Shown here: piece by piece, positions 25,838 to 38,472 of the stretch | How the letters are laid out: every line of letters starts with the position of its first letter | Position numbering within the stretch: the stretch's first letter is position 1 | Assembly (NCBI GenBank): GCA_002269645.1 | Contig: NIVC01001711.1 | Location: forward strand, 124,001-188,000 | DNA length: 64,000 bases | Reading direction: 5' to 3' | Source: Macrostomum lignano | Taxonomy: Eukaryota | Made by a program: the position numbers and the translations under genes | The notes under the pieces: model-generated | What the model was told of the DNA's origin: nothing | Database searches by the model: none | What the model saw: the letters and a program-made list of their open reading frames with translations, nothing else

Positions 25838-26990
25838 GCAGAAATTGCACAGAAATGTAGATTTCTTTTGTTACTTTTGATTTTCACTTCAACTCCAAAT
25901 TATTTTTCAGTTTTGAGTGAAGCCCAGATTTTTAAACTTTTGGTTTCATACTGTAAATGCACTAAAATGTATGCATTTAAACGTCTATTTCAAACTAGAG
26001 GTCAATAACTCCGAGTTGGATGCACAAATCTTGCAGAAATTGCACAGAAATGTAGATTTCTTTTGTTATTTTTGATTTTCACTTCAACTCCAAATTAGTT
26101 TTCAGTTTTGAGTTCATTCCAGATTTTCAAACTTTTGGTTTCATACTGTAAATGCACTAAAATGTATGCATTTAAACGTCTATTTCAAACTAGAGGTCAA
26201 TAACTCCGAGCTGGATGCATGAATCTTGCAGAAATTGCACAGAAATGTAGATTTCTTTTGTTATTTTTGATTTTCACTTCAACTCCAAATTAGTTTTCAG
26301 TTTTGAGTGCAGCCCAGATTTTTAAACTTTTGGTTTCATACTGTAAATGCACTAAAATGTATGCATTTAAACGTCTATTTCAAACTAGAGGTCAATAACT
26401 CCGAGCTGGATGCATGAATCTTGCAGAAATTGCACAGAAATGTAGATTTCTTTTGTTATTTTTGATTTTCACTTCAACTCCAAATTAGTTTTCAGTTTTG
26501 AGTTCATTCCAGATTTTCAAACTTTTGGTTTCATACTGTAAATGCACTAAAATGTATGCATTTAAACGTCTATTTCAAACTAGAGGTCAATAACTCCGAG
26601 CTGGATGCATGAATCTTGCAGAAATTGCACAGAAATGTAGATTTCTTTTGTTATTTTTGATTTTCACTTCAACTCCAAATTAGTTTTCAGTTTTGAGTGC
26701 AGCCCAGATTTTTAAACTTTTGGTTTCATACTGTAAATGCACTAAAATGTATGCATTTAAACGTCTATTTCAAACTAGAGGTCAATAACTCCGAGCTGGA
26801 TGCATGAATCTTGCAGAAATTGCACAGAAATGTAGATTTCTTTTGTTATTTTTGATTTTCACTTCAACTCCAAATTAGTTTTCAGTTTTGAGTGAAGACC
26901 AGGTCTTCAAACATTTTAATAGAGTCTGTAAATGTACGGAAATTGTTGAATTTATATCGTCTATTTTAAACTGAAGATCAATAGCGACAA
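25838..26990. repeat. 195-bp tandem repeat, about 6 copies
   Basis: GCAGAAATTGCACAG at 25838, 26033, 26228, 26423, 26618, 26813. Confidence 0.92.
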
Positions 26991-27160
26991 GATGAATAAA
27001 AGTCACAAAAGTGTAGAAAACAGTTGTTATTTTTTTTTTTATCATCTGATTATCCCAGTTTTAGACATACGGTTAGCTTCTTAAGGATTTGAAAATTTGT
27101 TTATCTTTTCACGAATTTGAAGTTGGAGTTGGAGTTGGAGTTCGAATGCACCCGTGTCAC

Positions 27161-27740
27161 TTAAGCGTCAATGTTTTTGAGATTATGCAAGCGTTCAAGA
27201 CGACTGATTCTTCTCAACGATTTCTGCCATTCGGTAAAAATTAAATCTAAAAAGACTTTAATTGCATCAATTCTTTCTTTGATTCGATCATGCAACGCTG
27301 TTGACTGAGTCATGAACTCTTCTAAATTACTCACTTTAACTGTGTTTGTGAAAACTCCTTCTTCAAGAATACGCATCCGTCTATCAGTGGAATTTCTCAG
27401 AAGATTAATTGTCGATGTTAAATTTGTTCTTAAGCCGTTGATTTGCGAGACTACCGAAGTTGTTTCTGACCTAAAGTTCATTAGTTGCGTGTACAACCTG
27501 TACATAAAGCTTATCACTTTCAAACTTTTGCCTGGCCACTTTTATGCGGAGATCTTCTATGTTTATCTGTAGCTGGTGCATGGAGCGCTCTAATTGTTTC
27601 AGTCTGTTTTTATTCAGTTTGATCTCTGGGATCTCTTCATCGCTGTTGATATATCGCCTGTCTAGGATGGATATCTGAGCTAGCTGATGTAAGAGCGTTG
27701 TTGCCAGAAATGGATTCACCTGCAAAAATAGACATCTTTT
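27161..27740 (-). pseudogene. Disrupted coiled-coil protein gene, probably part of the decayed Polinton-type element
   Basis: Overlapping ORF pieces 27471-27809 and 27161-27523 with heptad character; lies directly downstream of the ATPase. Confidence 0.35.
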
Positions 27741-27751
27741 AATAGCAAATT

Positions 27752-28553
27752 TTAAATTACAGTTCTTTTTTCCTTGTTGATTAGGACAAACTGATAGGGT
27801 TGGTTCCACTTTTCGCAGCAGAGGTTAACAGATTCCTCTTGTGAAATCTTTCTGCTTGAGTTTTTTTGTTGGATTTATAAAATAGGCAAGCGCAATGACC
27901 TCACTGTAAAATCTTTTTAGCCTGTCCTGTGGAATGGTTGAAAACAGGAGAATCAGATTGCAGTTCCCACGAATTGTTTTGTTCGGGAGCTCGAACCAGT
28001 TCTGTGCAATGTAAATTACATTACAATTGTTATGTCGCCCTCTTGTAAAATAGTTTTCTATCTGCTTCTGTGGGCCAGTCATACAATCATCAAAGACGAT
28101 CTAATGCTTTCTCCCTTTTTCTAGCTCATCTGGTTGGGGTAGAAGTTTAGTCTTTGGATCAGCCTGTGGATCTCCATAGGTGAACACTTTAATGTTCTGC
28201 CATTTTTCATTGTCTTTGAGGTGCTTTGCATATTCAGCAGCTACAATTTCTGGGTTACTGTGAAGGTTTTGTTGGTTATTAAAATATTGAATAATGTCCT
28301 CTTTTTTCAGTTTGTTTTGCAATCCAGAAATCAACATTTTATACTCATCTTGATACAGTGTGGGAGAGTAGATGTGCAGAGTGTCATAGTCGATAAAGCC
28401 AGGTCTAAGAAGCATGTTAAAGACTCTGAATGTTTTACCTGAGCCCGATGAACCAACAACAATGCATCTGAAGTGACTCGGGATTGACTCGTGATGAGAA
28501 AACTTAATCTGATTACGCGTCCAGTGAGGATTGAAGTCGTTTGAAAAGTCCAT
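27752..28553 (-). pseudogene. A32/FtsK-like DNA packaging ATPase of a Polinton/Maverick-type element
   Basis: Walker A GSSGSGKT; Walker B region H*IVFDDC (TAG at 28101-28103); FTRGRHNNCNVIYIAQNWF motif; 3' frameshift into ...WNQPYQFVLINKEK. Confidence 0.88.
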
Positions 28554-28819
28554 TTTTTCTATGATGAAAAAAATTTGTATTGTCCTTTATTGTTCATGCG
28601 TATCCATGGTTATTTTGTCGCGGCGAGGCTAGTTTCTGTAATTTCAAATGGAGAATGTCTGATGCCGTAAGCTGCCGAAATAGGACGCAAAAAGGCCGAA
28701 TTTGAACGCAAAAGTTGCCCAGTGTCTATGGCTCAGTTGTTTGGACTGCACACTAGCGCTCGCGCCGAAATTGAACGCAAAAACGACGAAATTGACTGCA
28801 AAAAGGTATAATAAATCAT

Positions 28820-28975
28820 TTAGAAGATGTGTCATTTTGGGACTTTGATGTGTCATTTTGGGACTTGGATGTGTCATTTCGGGACTTAGATGTGTCATTT
28901 CGGGACTTAAATGTGTCATTTCTGGACTTAAATCTGTCATTTCCTGACTTAAATGTGTCATTTCGGGACTTGTCT
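28820..28975. repeat. 21-bp tandem repeat (GATGTGTCATTTCGGGACTTA)
   Basis: About 7 copies. Confidence 0.85.
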
Positions 28976-28996
28976 TGTACCCTCGAAAAGTACCCT

Positions 28997-29383
28997 TTAG
29001 TCAAATTTGAAACCAATTCCTTTTTTAATGCTAGCTCTCATCTTCTCATAGACTGCAGGGTCCACACTGTCTGGATTTGGGGCCAGCGGAGCCAGCGGGG
29101 CCAGCGGCTGAATCTCTTGTTTAGGTGTTACAGTATCCTTTATCTTTTTGGCTGCTGTGGCTACACTGCCAGCCGCTTCGGCAACGTTCTTGATGTTCTC
29201 TTTGTTCTCTCCAATGACCTTACAAATCTTGGCCCCCTGAGCGATCAAATCGGCAAGGCCATTCCCAGAGCGTTCTTTTCTTGGATAGTGGCCTGCAGGG
29301 AAAAGTCCAGATCCGCGTTTAATGAGATTAAGTTCCTCTTTGTCATAGTATTTGTCAATGTCTTTTTCGAAAATAAGAGGCAT
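28997..29383 (-). CDS. Small Polinton-type virion/core protein with GxG motifs (MPLIFEKDIDKYY...RGSGL...RSGNGL...KKGIGFKFD)
   Basis: ATG in AAAAATG context at 29383; repeated GxG motifs of the type seen in protease-matured Polinton/adenovirus-like core proteins; read in frame with the upstream ORF. Confidence 0.45.
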   Translation of the reverse strand: MPLIFEKDIDKYYDKEELNLIKRGSGLFPAGHYPRKERSGNGLADLIAQGAKICKVIGENKENIKNVAEAAGSVATAAKKIKDTVTPKQEIQPLAPLAPLAPNPDSVDPAVYEKMRASIKKGIGFKFD

Positions 29384-30659
29384 TTTTACTTGAAATAATT
29401 TTTTTTTGTTGAACCGCGAAAGCAGAAGCTCTCTCGCCCTCTTATCGATGAATTTTCTCTCAAGCATTTTATCCAGGATGTTGACAAATTCTTTTCTATT
29501 CTCGTCTTTCATTCCGGTCTTTGCCGCTCCTAGAAGAACCACTACTCGCTTGTAGATTTCAACTATTCCTTTTCCAGATTTGGGCGGTTGGTCTTGGGGT
29601 TGTGGAGTTGGTTGGGTTTGAAGCTGCTGGGGAGGTGATGTAAAAGACCGCTCACTTTCAGAGATGGAACTGTCATGTGGTGCCTGTCTTTGTTGAGGTG
29701 TGAAAACTCTTTGATTGATTCTATTCCTTCGATCTGGAGAGTGTTGTTCTAAGCGTTGCCAGGCATCTGGGTGATTATTTTTATATTTAGCTACTTGAGT
29801 CGGATCTGCATTTTCCAGTTGCCTGAGTACTTCTGTAAAATGTTGTTGCTGTGGTTGTGGTTGTTGTTGTTGCTGTTGTTGTTGTTGTTGTTGTTGCTGT
29901 TGTTGTTGTTGTTCTAGATATTTCATGACTTCCCCCTGATCTGGCAAACCAAACCATTGTTTAAAGCTAGTGCTTGTACTTTTTGAATTTAGTCAGGTTG
30001 ACACCGCCATCGTAAATGTGTTTCAGAACTTATGGGACCTTTAGTATTTCTATATCTCTAGCAAGAGAAAAAGTCACTAGATCTCTGTAGTTCTTTAGCT
30101 GCTTGTCCGAGATTCTCTCTTGGTTCTTGGTCATAAAAGTCAGTAAGCGTCTGTGATAGGAATTCTCATAGTTTCTGAGCCTTTGACAACAGAAATATTT
30201 TCCTTATTTATGTTGATATAATATTCCAATGGTTCATTATAAATGTTTTTTTCTCCACATACTTATTCCAAATAGATATTTCCCATCATGTTCTACACGC
30301 TCTACTGGTCCAAAAATGTTATCTGTCACTTTTAGTTGTGATTGATGTGGTTGTGGTTGTTGTGGTTGCGGCTGTATCTGTGGTTGTGGTTGTTGTGGTT
30401 GCGGTTGTATCTGTGGTGCTTCTGGAATTTTGCCCAAAACCTTTTGCACCTGGGTTTGCTGCTGTATGTCGTCGATAGTTTCTTTGACCTGATCAATATT
30501 TTTCTTAGCTTCTCCATACCCAGGTTTATGAAACTCTGTGGCTGCTTGGACAAACTCATTGTAGGATTGTTGCTCCTTATTTATTAGCCCGGTAACTCGT
30601 TTCTATGCTTGTGCTAGCTTCTCCAATTCAGATATCTGCTGTGTACTTTTTCGCTTCAT
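29384..30659 (-). pseudogene. Disrupted Q/P-rich Polinton-type protein (MKRKSTQQ...*...DNIFGPV...KSGKGIVEIYKRVVVLLGAAKTG)
   Basis: Stops and frameshifts link ORF pieces 30237-30449 and 28997-29947; the GKG..R..LLL.A..G tail resembles recalled Polinton proteins. Confidence 0.45.
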
Positions 30660-31869
30660 TTCTTATTTTATTTTATTTTTAGTTAAAAACTAGCAATCTT
30701 CGCCCCCCTATGGGGGACATCTGGATAGAATCTCTGTTCTGTACACGTATCAAAAAGACAGCCAAATAAAGCCTTCACAAAGACAATAGACAAACTGCTC
30801 AAATGAAGAGCAATGCGAAAAGAAAACATCCCAAGACAGCATGCAAGCATCCCCCCCCCCAGATAGCAAGCATCCCCCCCAGATAGCAAGCACCCCCAGA
30901 TAGCAAGCATCCACCTAATAGCAAGTATCGATCCTTATAGCAAGCATCCACCAGACAATAAGTAGCTAGTGCAACAATTTCCTTAGCTTTATAGTGGCTC
31001 CTTTATGATTGGCATGACGCTTCTTTTTACGTTTGAAATGGTGTCTCTTATGTTTGCCATGGTGGCTCATTTGTGCTTGACATGGTGGCTCTTTAATGTT
31101 TGCGATGGTGGCTCCTAAATGTTTGACATGGTGGCTTTTTTATGTCCTACACGGTGGCTCTTCTATGTTTGACGTGGTGGCTCTTTAATGTTTGACATGG
31201 TGGATCTTTAATGTTAGGCATGGTGGCTCTTTAATGTTAGGCATGGTGGCTCTTTAATGTTTGAAATGGTGGCTCTTTTATGTTTGACATGGTGGCTCCT
31301 AAATATTTGCCATGGTGGCTATTTTATGATAGGCATGGAGTCACATATATGTTTCTCAATAGAATCTCTGTTCTCTACAAGCAACAAAAAGACTGCCAAA
31401 TAGAGCTTTCACAAAGACAACAGAAAAACTGCTCAAATGAAGTGCAATGCAAAAAGAAAACATCCCAAGACAGCAAGCATTGCCCCCCCCCAGGGGATAG
31501 CATGAAAAGCACCCCCCCCAGATAGCAAGCACCTCCCAGATAGCAAGCACCTCCAGATAGCCAGAACCCCCAAGATAGCAAGCATCCCCCAGATAGCAAG
31601 CACCCCCAGATAGCCAGAACCCCCAAGATAGCAAGCATCCCCCAGATAGCAAGCACCCCCAGATAGCAAGCACCCACAGATAGCCAGAACCCCTAAGATA
31701 GCAAGCACCCCCAGATAGCAAGCATCCAATTGATAGCAAGTATCTATCCTTAAATAGCAAACATCCACCAGACAATAAGTATCTAGTGCAACAATTTCCT
31801 TAGCTTTATGGTGGCTTCTTTATGATTGACATGACGCTTCTTTTTACGTTTGTAATTGTCTCTTTTATG

Positions 31870-33850
31870 CTTGACATGGTGGCTCTTTAATTTTCGACAT
31901 GGTGGCTCTTTTATGTTCGACATGATGGCTCTTTAATGTTTGACATGGTGGCTCTTTTATGTTTTACATGGTGGGTCTTTAATGTTCAACAGAATGGCTC
32001 TTTAATGTCTGACATGGTGGCTCTTTAATGTTTGACATGATGGCTCTTTAATGTCTGACATGGAGTCATATATATGTTAGACATGGTGGCTCTTTAATGT
32101 TGGACATGGTGGCTCTTTAATGTTAGACATGGTGGCTCTTCAATGTTAGACATGGTGGCTCTTTAATGTTCGACATGATGGCTCTTTAATGTTAGACATG
32201 GTGGCTCTTTAATGTTCGACATGGTGGCTCTTTAATGTTCGACATGGTGGCTCTTTAATGTTCGACATGGTGGCCCTTTAATGTTTTACATGGTGGCTCT
32301 TTTATGTTCGACATGGTGGCTTTTTTACGTTCGACATGGTGGCTCTTTAATGTTAGACATGGTGGCTCTTTAATGTTCGACATGGTGGCACTTTAATGTC
32401 TGAAATGGAGTCATGTATACACTTGACATGGTGACTCGTTAATGTTTGACATGTTGGCTCTTTATTGTTCGACATGGTGGCTCTTTAATGTTTGACATTG
32501 TGGCTCTTTAATGTTTGACATGGTGGCTCTTTTATGTTCAACATGGTGGTTCTTTTATGTTCGACATGGTGGCTCTTTAATATTTGACATGGTGGCTCTT
32601 TAATGTTCGACATGGTGGCTCTATAATGTTCGACATGGTGGCTCTTTAATGTTCGACGTGGTGGCTCTTTAATGTTAGACATGGTAGCTTTTTAATGTTT
32701 GACATGGTGGCTTTTTAATGTTTGACATGGTGCCTCTTTAATGTTTGACATGGTGGCTCTTTTATGTTCGACATGGTGGCTCTTTAATATTTGACATGGT
32801 GGCTCTTTAATGTTTGACATGGTGGCTCTTTAATGTTCGACATGGTGGCTCTATAATGTTCGACATGGTGGCTCTTTAATGTTTGACATGGTGGCTTTTT
32901 AATGTTTGACATGGTGGCTCTTTAATGTTCGATATGGTGGCTCTTTAATGTTAGACATGGTGGCTGGTAATTTTTGACATGGTGCCTCTTTAATGTTTGA
33001 CATGGTGGTCCTTTTATGTTTGACATGGTGGCTCTTTAATGTTCGACATGAAGTCACATATATGTTGGACATGGTGGCTCTTTAATGTTAGACATGGTGG
33101 CTCTTTAATGTTCGACATGGTGGCTCTTTAATGTTAGACATGGTGGCTCTTTAATGTTAGACATGGTGGCTCTTTAATGTTCGACATGGTGGCTCTTTAA
33201 TGTTCGACGTGGTGGCTCTTTAATGTTAGACATGGTAGCTTTTTAATGTTTGACATGGTGGCTTTTTAATGTTTGACATGGTGCCTCTTTAATGTTTGAC
33301 ATGGTGGCTCTTTTATGTTCGACATGGTGGCTCTTTAATATTTGACATGGTGGCTCTTTAATGTTTGACATGGTGGCTCTTTAATGTTCGACATGGTGGC
33401 TCTATAATGTTCGACATGGTGGCTCTTTAATGTTTGACATGGTGGCTTTTTAATGTTTGACATGGTGGCTCTTTAATGTTCGATATGGTGGCTCTTTAAT
33501 GTTAGACATGGTGGCTGGTAATTTTTGACATGGTGCCTCTTTAATGTTTGACATGGTGGTCCTTTTATGTTTGACATGGTGGCTCTTTAATGTTCGACAT
33601 GAAGTCACATATATGTTGGACATGGTGGCTCTTTAATGTTAGACATGGTGGCTCTTTAATGTTAGACATGGTGGCTCTTTAATGTTCGACATGGTGGCTC
33701 TTTAATGTTAGACATGGTGGCTCTTTAATGTTAGACATGGTGGCTCTTTAATGTTCGACATGGTGGCTCTTTAATGTTAGACATGGTGGCTCTTTAATGT
33801 TCGACATAATGGTTCTTTAATGTTTGACATGGTGGCTCTTTAATGTTTGA
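31870..33850. repeat. 23-bp satellite array (ACATGGTGGCTCTTTAATGTTCG) inside H1; short copy at 31040-31330
   Basis: Period 23 (e.g. CTTTAAT at 32161 and 32184); blocks punctuated by GTCACATATATG. Confidence 0.95.
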
Positions 33851-33919
33851 AATTGTGCTTTTTTGTGTTTAGCATTTTGCGTTTTTAAGGTTTTTGAATA
33901 AAAAATCTTTTTAAAAAAT

Positions 33920-33985
33920 CTAAGATTCGAACCCAGGTCGCTGCATTAGCAGTCCAGTCTGTTCGCATCTATGCTATCTCTTGTC
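33920..33985 (-). ncRNA. tRNA-derived (Pol III A/B-box) segment inside the Helitron; copies at 37797-37860 and 50590-50650
   Basis: TAGCATAGATG...GGACTGCTAATGC...GGGTTCGAATC; B box exact, GACTGCTAA resembles a tRNA-Ser(GCT) anticodon arm; no complete acceptor stem. Confidence 0.55.
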
Positions 33986-34599
33986 AATTGGAGAACATGA
34001 ATTGTGGCCCTTATAATTAAAGTCTTATAGCAAATCGGTTAGAGTAAAAAGTTATGACATAATCAATTTCTCAGTCAGCCAGTATCAGTGTCAATTTAAG
34101 TTAGCAATATTGTTACGCAAGTTAAATCAAGTTTTGTGTGCATTTCTTTGGCCCTGTTTTCAACTGGTTGTGATGTAATCCTTATCACAATTGGAATTCA
34201 GTCAGTTAGTTTTTTCTCTAGCATTCTTACAATGCATTTCAGGTCGAAAGAGCTGCTTGACCTTTGCAAAAAAGCATGTTTTTCGAATATTTAATCCCTT
34301 TAATATTGAGCGATTTCTTAGCCAAGATGCTTGTACCGTCCCAGGAAAATTTCTGATCGAATGGTGCAAGTTTGAAGAAAATCGGTTGAGCCAATTTTTC
34401 TGAAATCAATCGCATACCCATATACATACAGACAACTCATTTTAATAAATAGTACTAGCAATCTTCGCCCCCGTTGGGGGACATCTGGATAGAATCTCTG
34501 TTCTCTACAAGTAACAAAAAGACAGCCAAATAAAGCCTTCACAAAGACAACAGACAAACTGCTCAAATAAAGTGTAATGCAAAAAGAAATCATCCCAAG

Positions 34600-34800
34600 A
34601 CAGCAAGCATCCCCCAGATAGCAAGCATCCCCCAGATTGCAAGCATCCCCCAGATAGCAAGCATCCCCCAGATAGCAAGCATCCTCCAAATAGCAAGCAT
34701 CCCCCAGATAGCAAGCATCCCCAGATAGGAAGCATCTCCCCTCCCGGATAGCAAGCATCCCCCAGATAGCAAGCATCCCCAAATAGTAAGCATCCACCAG
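34600..34800. repeat. 18-bp minisatellite (CAGATAGCAAGCATCCCC) near Helitron 3' ends; copies at 30840-30960, 31510-31780, 48790-48990
   Basis: Direct repeats; source of the GGCLLSG / MLAIWG ORFs. Confidence 0.88.
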
Positions 34801-34899
34801 ACAATAAGTAGCTAATGCAACAATTTCCTTAGCTCTATAGTGGCTCCTTTAAAATTGGCATGACGCTTAGTTTTACGTTTGAAATTGTGTATCTTTTAT

Positions 34900-37725
34900 G
34901 TTTGACATGGTGGCTCTTTTATGTTCGACATGATGGCTCTTTAATGTTTGACATGAAGTCATATATATGTTAGACATGGTGGCTCTTTAATGTTGGACAT
35001 GGTGGCTCTTTAATGTTAGACATGGTGGCTCTTTAATGTTAGACATGGTGGCTCTTTAATGTTCGACATGATGGCTCTTTAATGTTAGACATGGTGGCTC
35101 TTTAATGTTAGACATGGTGGCTCTTTAATGTTCGACATGGTGGCTCTTTAATGTTCGACATGGTGGCTCTAATGTTTTACATGGTGGCTCTTTAATGTTC
35201 GACATGGTGGCTCTTTAATGTTAGACATGGTGGCTGTTTAATTTTTTACGATGGTGGCTCTTTAATGTTCGACATGGTGCCTCTTTAATGTTTGACATGG
35301 TGGTCCTTTTATGTTTGACGTGGTGGCTCTTTTATGTTTGACATGATGGTTCTTTAATGTTTGACATGGAGTCACATATACGTTGAACATGGTGGCTCCT
35401 TAATGTTCGACATGGTGGCTCTATAATGTTCGACAAGGTGGCACTTTAATGTTCGACATGGTTCCTCTTTCAGGTTTGACATGGTGGTCCTTTTATGTTT
35501 TACATGGTGGCTCTTTTATGTTTGACATGATGGCTCTTTAATGTTTGACATGGAGTCACATATATGTTGGACATGGTGGCTCTTTAATGTTCGACATGGT
35601 GGCTCTATAGTGTTCGACATGGTGGCTCTTTAATGTTCGACATGGTGGCTCTTTAATGTTAGACATGGTGGCTCTTTAATGTTCGACATGGTGGCTCTAA
35701 TGTTTGACATTGTGGCTCTTTAATGTTTGACATGGTGGCTCTTTTATGTTTGACATGGTTGTACTTTTATGTTTGACATGGTGGCTCTTTTATGTTCGAC
35801 ATGATGGCTTTTTAATGTTTGACATGAAGTCACATATATGTTAGACATGGTGGCTCTTTAATGTTAGACATGGTGGCTCTTTAATGTTAGACATGGTGGC
35901 TCTTTAATGTTTGACATGGTGGCTCTTTAATGTTAGACATGGTGGCTCTTTAATGTTCGACATGGTGGCTCTTTATTGTTAGACATGGTGGCTCTTTAAT
36001 GTTCGACATGGTGGCTCTAATGTTTGACATTGTGGCTCTTTAATGTTTGACATGGTGGCTCTTTTATGTTTGACATGGTTGTACTTTTATGTTTGACATG
36101 GTGGCTCTTTTATGTTCGACATGATGGCTTTTTAATGTTTGACATGAAGTCACATATATGTTAGACATGGTGGCTCTTTAATGTTAGACATGGTGGCTCT
36201 TTAATGTTAGACATGGTGGCTCTTTAATGTTTGACATGGTGGCTCTTTAATGTTAGACATGGTGGCTCTTTAATGTTCGACATGGTGGCTCTTTATTGTT
36301 AGACATGGTGGCTCTTTAATGTTCGACATGGTGGCTCTAATGTTTGACATTGTGGCTCTTTAATGTTTGACATCGTGGCTCTATAATGTTTGACCTGGTG
36401 GCACCTTAATGTCTGTAATGATTGCTTTTTAATGTTTGAAATGGTGGCCTTTAATATTTGACATGGTGGCTCTTTAATGCTTGACATAGTGGCTCTTTAA
36501 TGTTCAACATGGTGGCTCTTTAATGTTCGACATGGTGGCTCTTTAATGTTCGACATGGTGGCTCTTTAATGTTTGACATTGTGGCTCTTTAATGTTTGAC
36601 ATGGTGGCTCTTTTATGTTCGACATGGTGGTGCTTTTATGTTCGACATGGTGGCTCTATAATGTTCGACATGGTGGCTCTTTAATGTTCGACATGGTTCC
36701 TCTTTAATGTTTGACATGGTGGTCCTTTTATGTTTTACATGGTGGCTCTTTTATGTTTGACATGATGGCTCTTTAATGTTTGAAATGGAGTCACATATAT
36801 GTTGGACATGGTGGCTCTTTAATGTTCGACATGGTGGCTCTTTAATGTTCGACATGGTGGCTCTTTAATGTTAGACATGGTGGCTGTTTAATTTTTGACA
36901 TGGTGGCTCTTTAATGTTTGACATGGTGGCTCTTTTATGTTCGACATGGTGGCTTTTTAACGTTCGACATGGTGGCTCTTTAATGTTAGACATGGTGGCT
37001 CTTTAATGTTCGACATGGTGGCACTTTAATGTCTGAAATGGAGTCATGTATACACTTGACATGGTGACTCGTTAATGTTTGACATGTTGGCTCTTTATTG
37101 TTCGACATGGTGGCTCTTTAATGTTTGACATTGTGGCTCTTTAATGTTTGACATGGTGGCTCTTTTATGTTCGACATGGTGGTTCTTTTATGTTCGACAT
37201 GGTGGTTCTTTAATATTTGACATAGTGGCTCTTTAATGTTTGACATGGTGGCTCTTTAATGTTCGACATGGTGGCTCTTTAATATTTGACATGGTGGCTC
37301 TTTAATGTTTGACATGGTGGCTCTTTAATGTTCGACATGGTGGCTCTATAATGTTCGACATGGTGGCTCTTTAATGTTTGACATGGTGGTCCTTTTATGT
37401 TTGACATGGTGGCTCTTTAATGTTCGACATGAAGTCACATATATGTTGGACATGGTGGCTCTTTAATGTTAGACATGGTGGCTCTTTAATGTTCGACATG
37501 GTGGCTCTTTAATGTTAGACATGGTGGCTCTTTAATGTTCGACATGGTGGCTCTTTAATGTTAGACATGGTGGCTCTTTAATGTTCGACATGGTGGCTCT
37601 TTAATGTTAGACATGGTGGCTCTTCAATGTTCGACATGGTGGCTCTTTAATGTTAGACATGGTGGCTCTTTAATGTTCGACATAATGGTTCTTTAATGTT
37701 TGACATGGTGGCTCTTTAATGTTTG
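34900..37725. repeat. 23-bp satellite array inside H2
   Basis: Same unit as 31870-33850. Confidence 0.95.
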
Positions 37726-37900
37726 AAATTGTGCTTTTTTGTGTTTAGCATTTTGCGTTTTTAAGGTTTTTGAATAAAAAATCTTTTTAAAAAATCTAAG
37801 ATTCGAACCCAGGTCGCTGCATTAGCAGTCCAGTCTGTTCGCATCTATGCTATCTCTTGTCAATTGGAGAACATGAATTGTGGCCCTTATAATTAAAGTC

Positions 37901-38250
37901 ACTACTAAGGACTGGCAGATCCGGGCGTTTTGCGAAGGTCCGTCGGGCTGATGTCGGCCTCTAGCACCGCGGCAAGATGCTCCCTCGGGGTGTACACCCG
38001 GGGTGTACCTCCAGCGGGGTGGGCGTCCAGCGAGTGTACCTCCAGCGGGGTGGGCGTCCAGCGAGTGTACCTCCAGCGGGGTGGGCCTCCCTCGGGGTGT
38101 ACATCCGGCGGGGGGATTCCCACTCGTGTGCACGCGGTTAGTGTTGGGGGAACCCCGATGCTGACGCAGCCCTGTACAGTGAGCATGCAGCCCTGTAGCT
38201 GGGGACAGAGAGCAGCCCCTGTAGCAGGAGGGGTAGTGCGTGGAGAGCCG
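37901..38250. repeat. Left TIR of the Maverick (near-identical core; degenerate extension to ~38430); contains ~31-bp G-rich tandem units
   Basis: Reverse complement of 47818-48204, which has extra tandem units. Confidence 0.92.
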
Positions 38251-38472
38251 TACAGAGGATAGAGAGCCCCGCCCCAGTTGCAGGGGACAGAGAGGCAGTG
38301 GGTGCGGAGGGACAGAGAGCAGCCCAGGCAGGAGGCGCGGGACAGAGAGGCGGTGAATCACACCCCCAGGAGAGAGCCGTACAGTGAGCTTCCCCAGGCC
38401 CGGGGGAGAGGGACGGACGGGCAACGTGTAATTTCAAACCCATAAATAGAAGCAGTGTACAAAACCCTCTGT

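Larger units (their letters stand above)
30690..34454 (-). mobile_element. Non-autonomous Helitron H1
   Basis: Minus-strand 3' end: GC hairpin CCCCCATAGGGGGG, about 10 nt, then CTAG followed by T (30690-30693); 5' end (T)ACTATTTATTAAAATGAGTTGTCTGTATG...GCTCAACCGATTTT abutting H2. Confidence 0.75.

Noticed and set aside
31870-37725. CRISPR-like appearance of the 23-bp arrays
   Set aside because: Units are contiguous with no unique spacers, there are no cas genes, and the context is eukaryotic.
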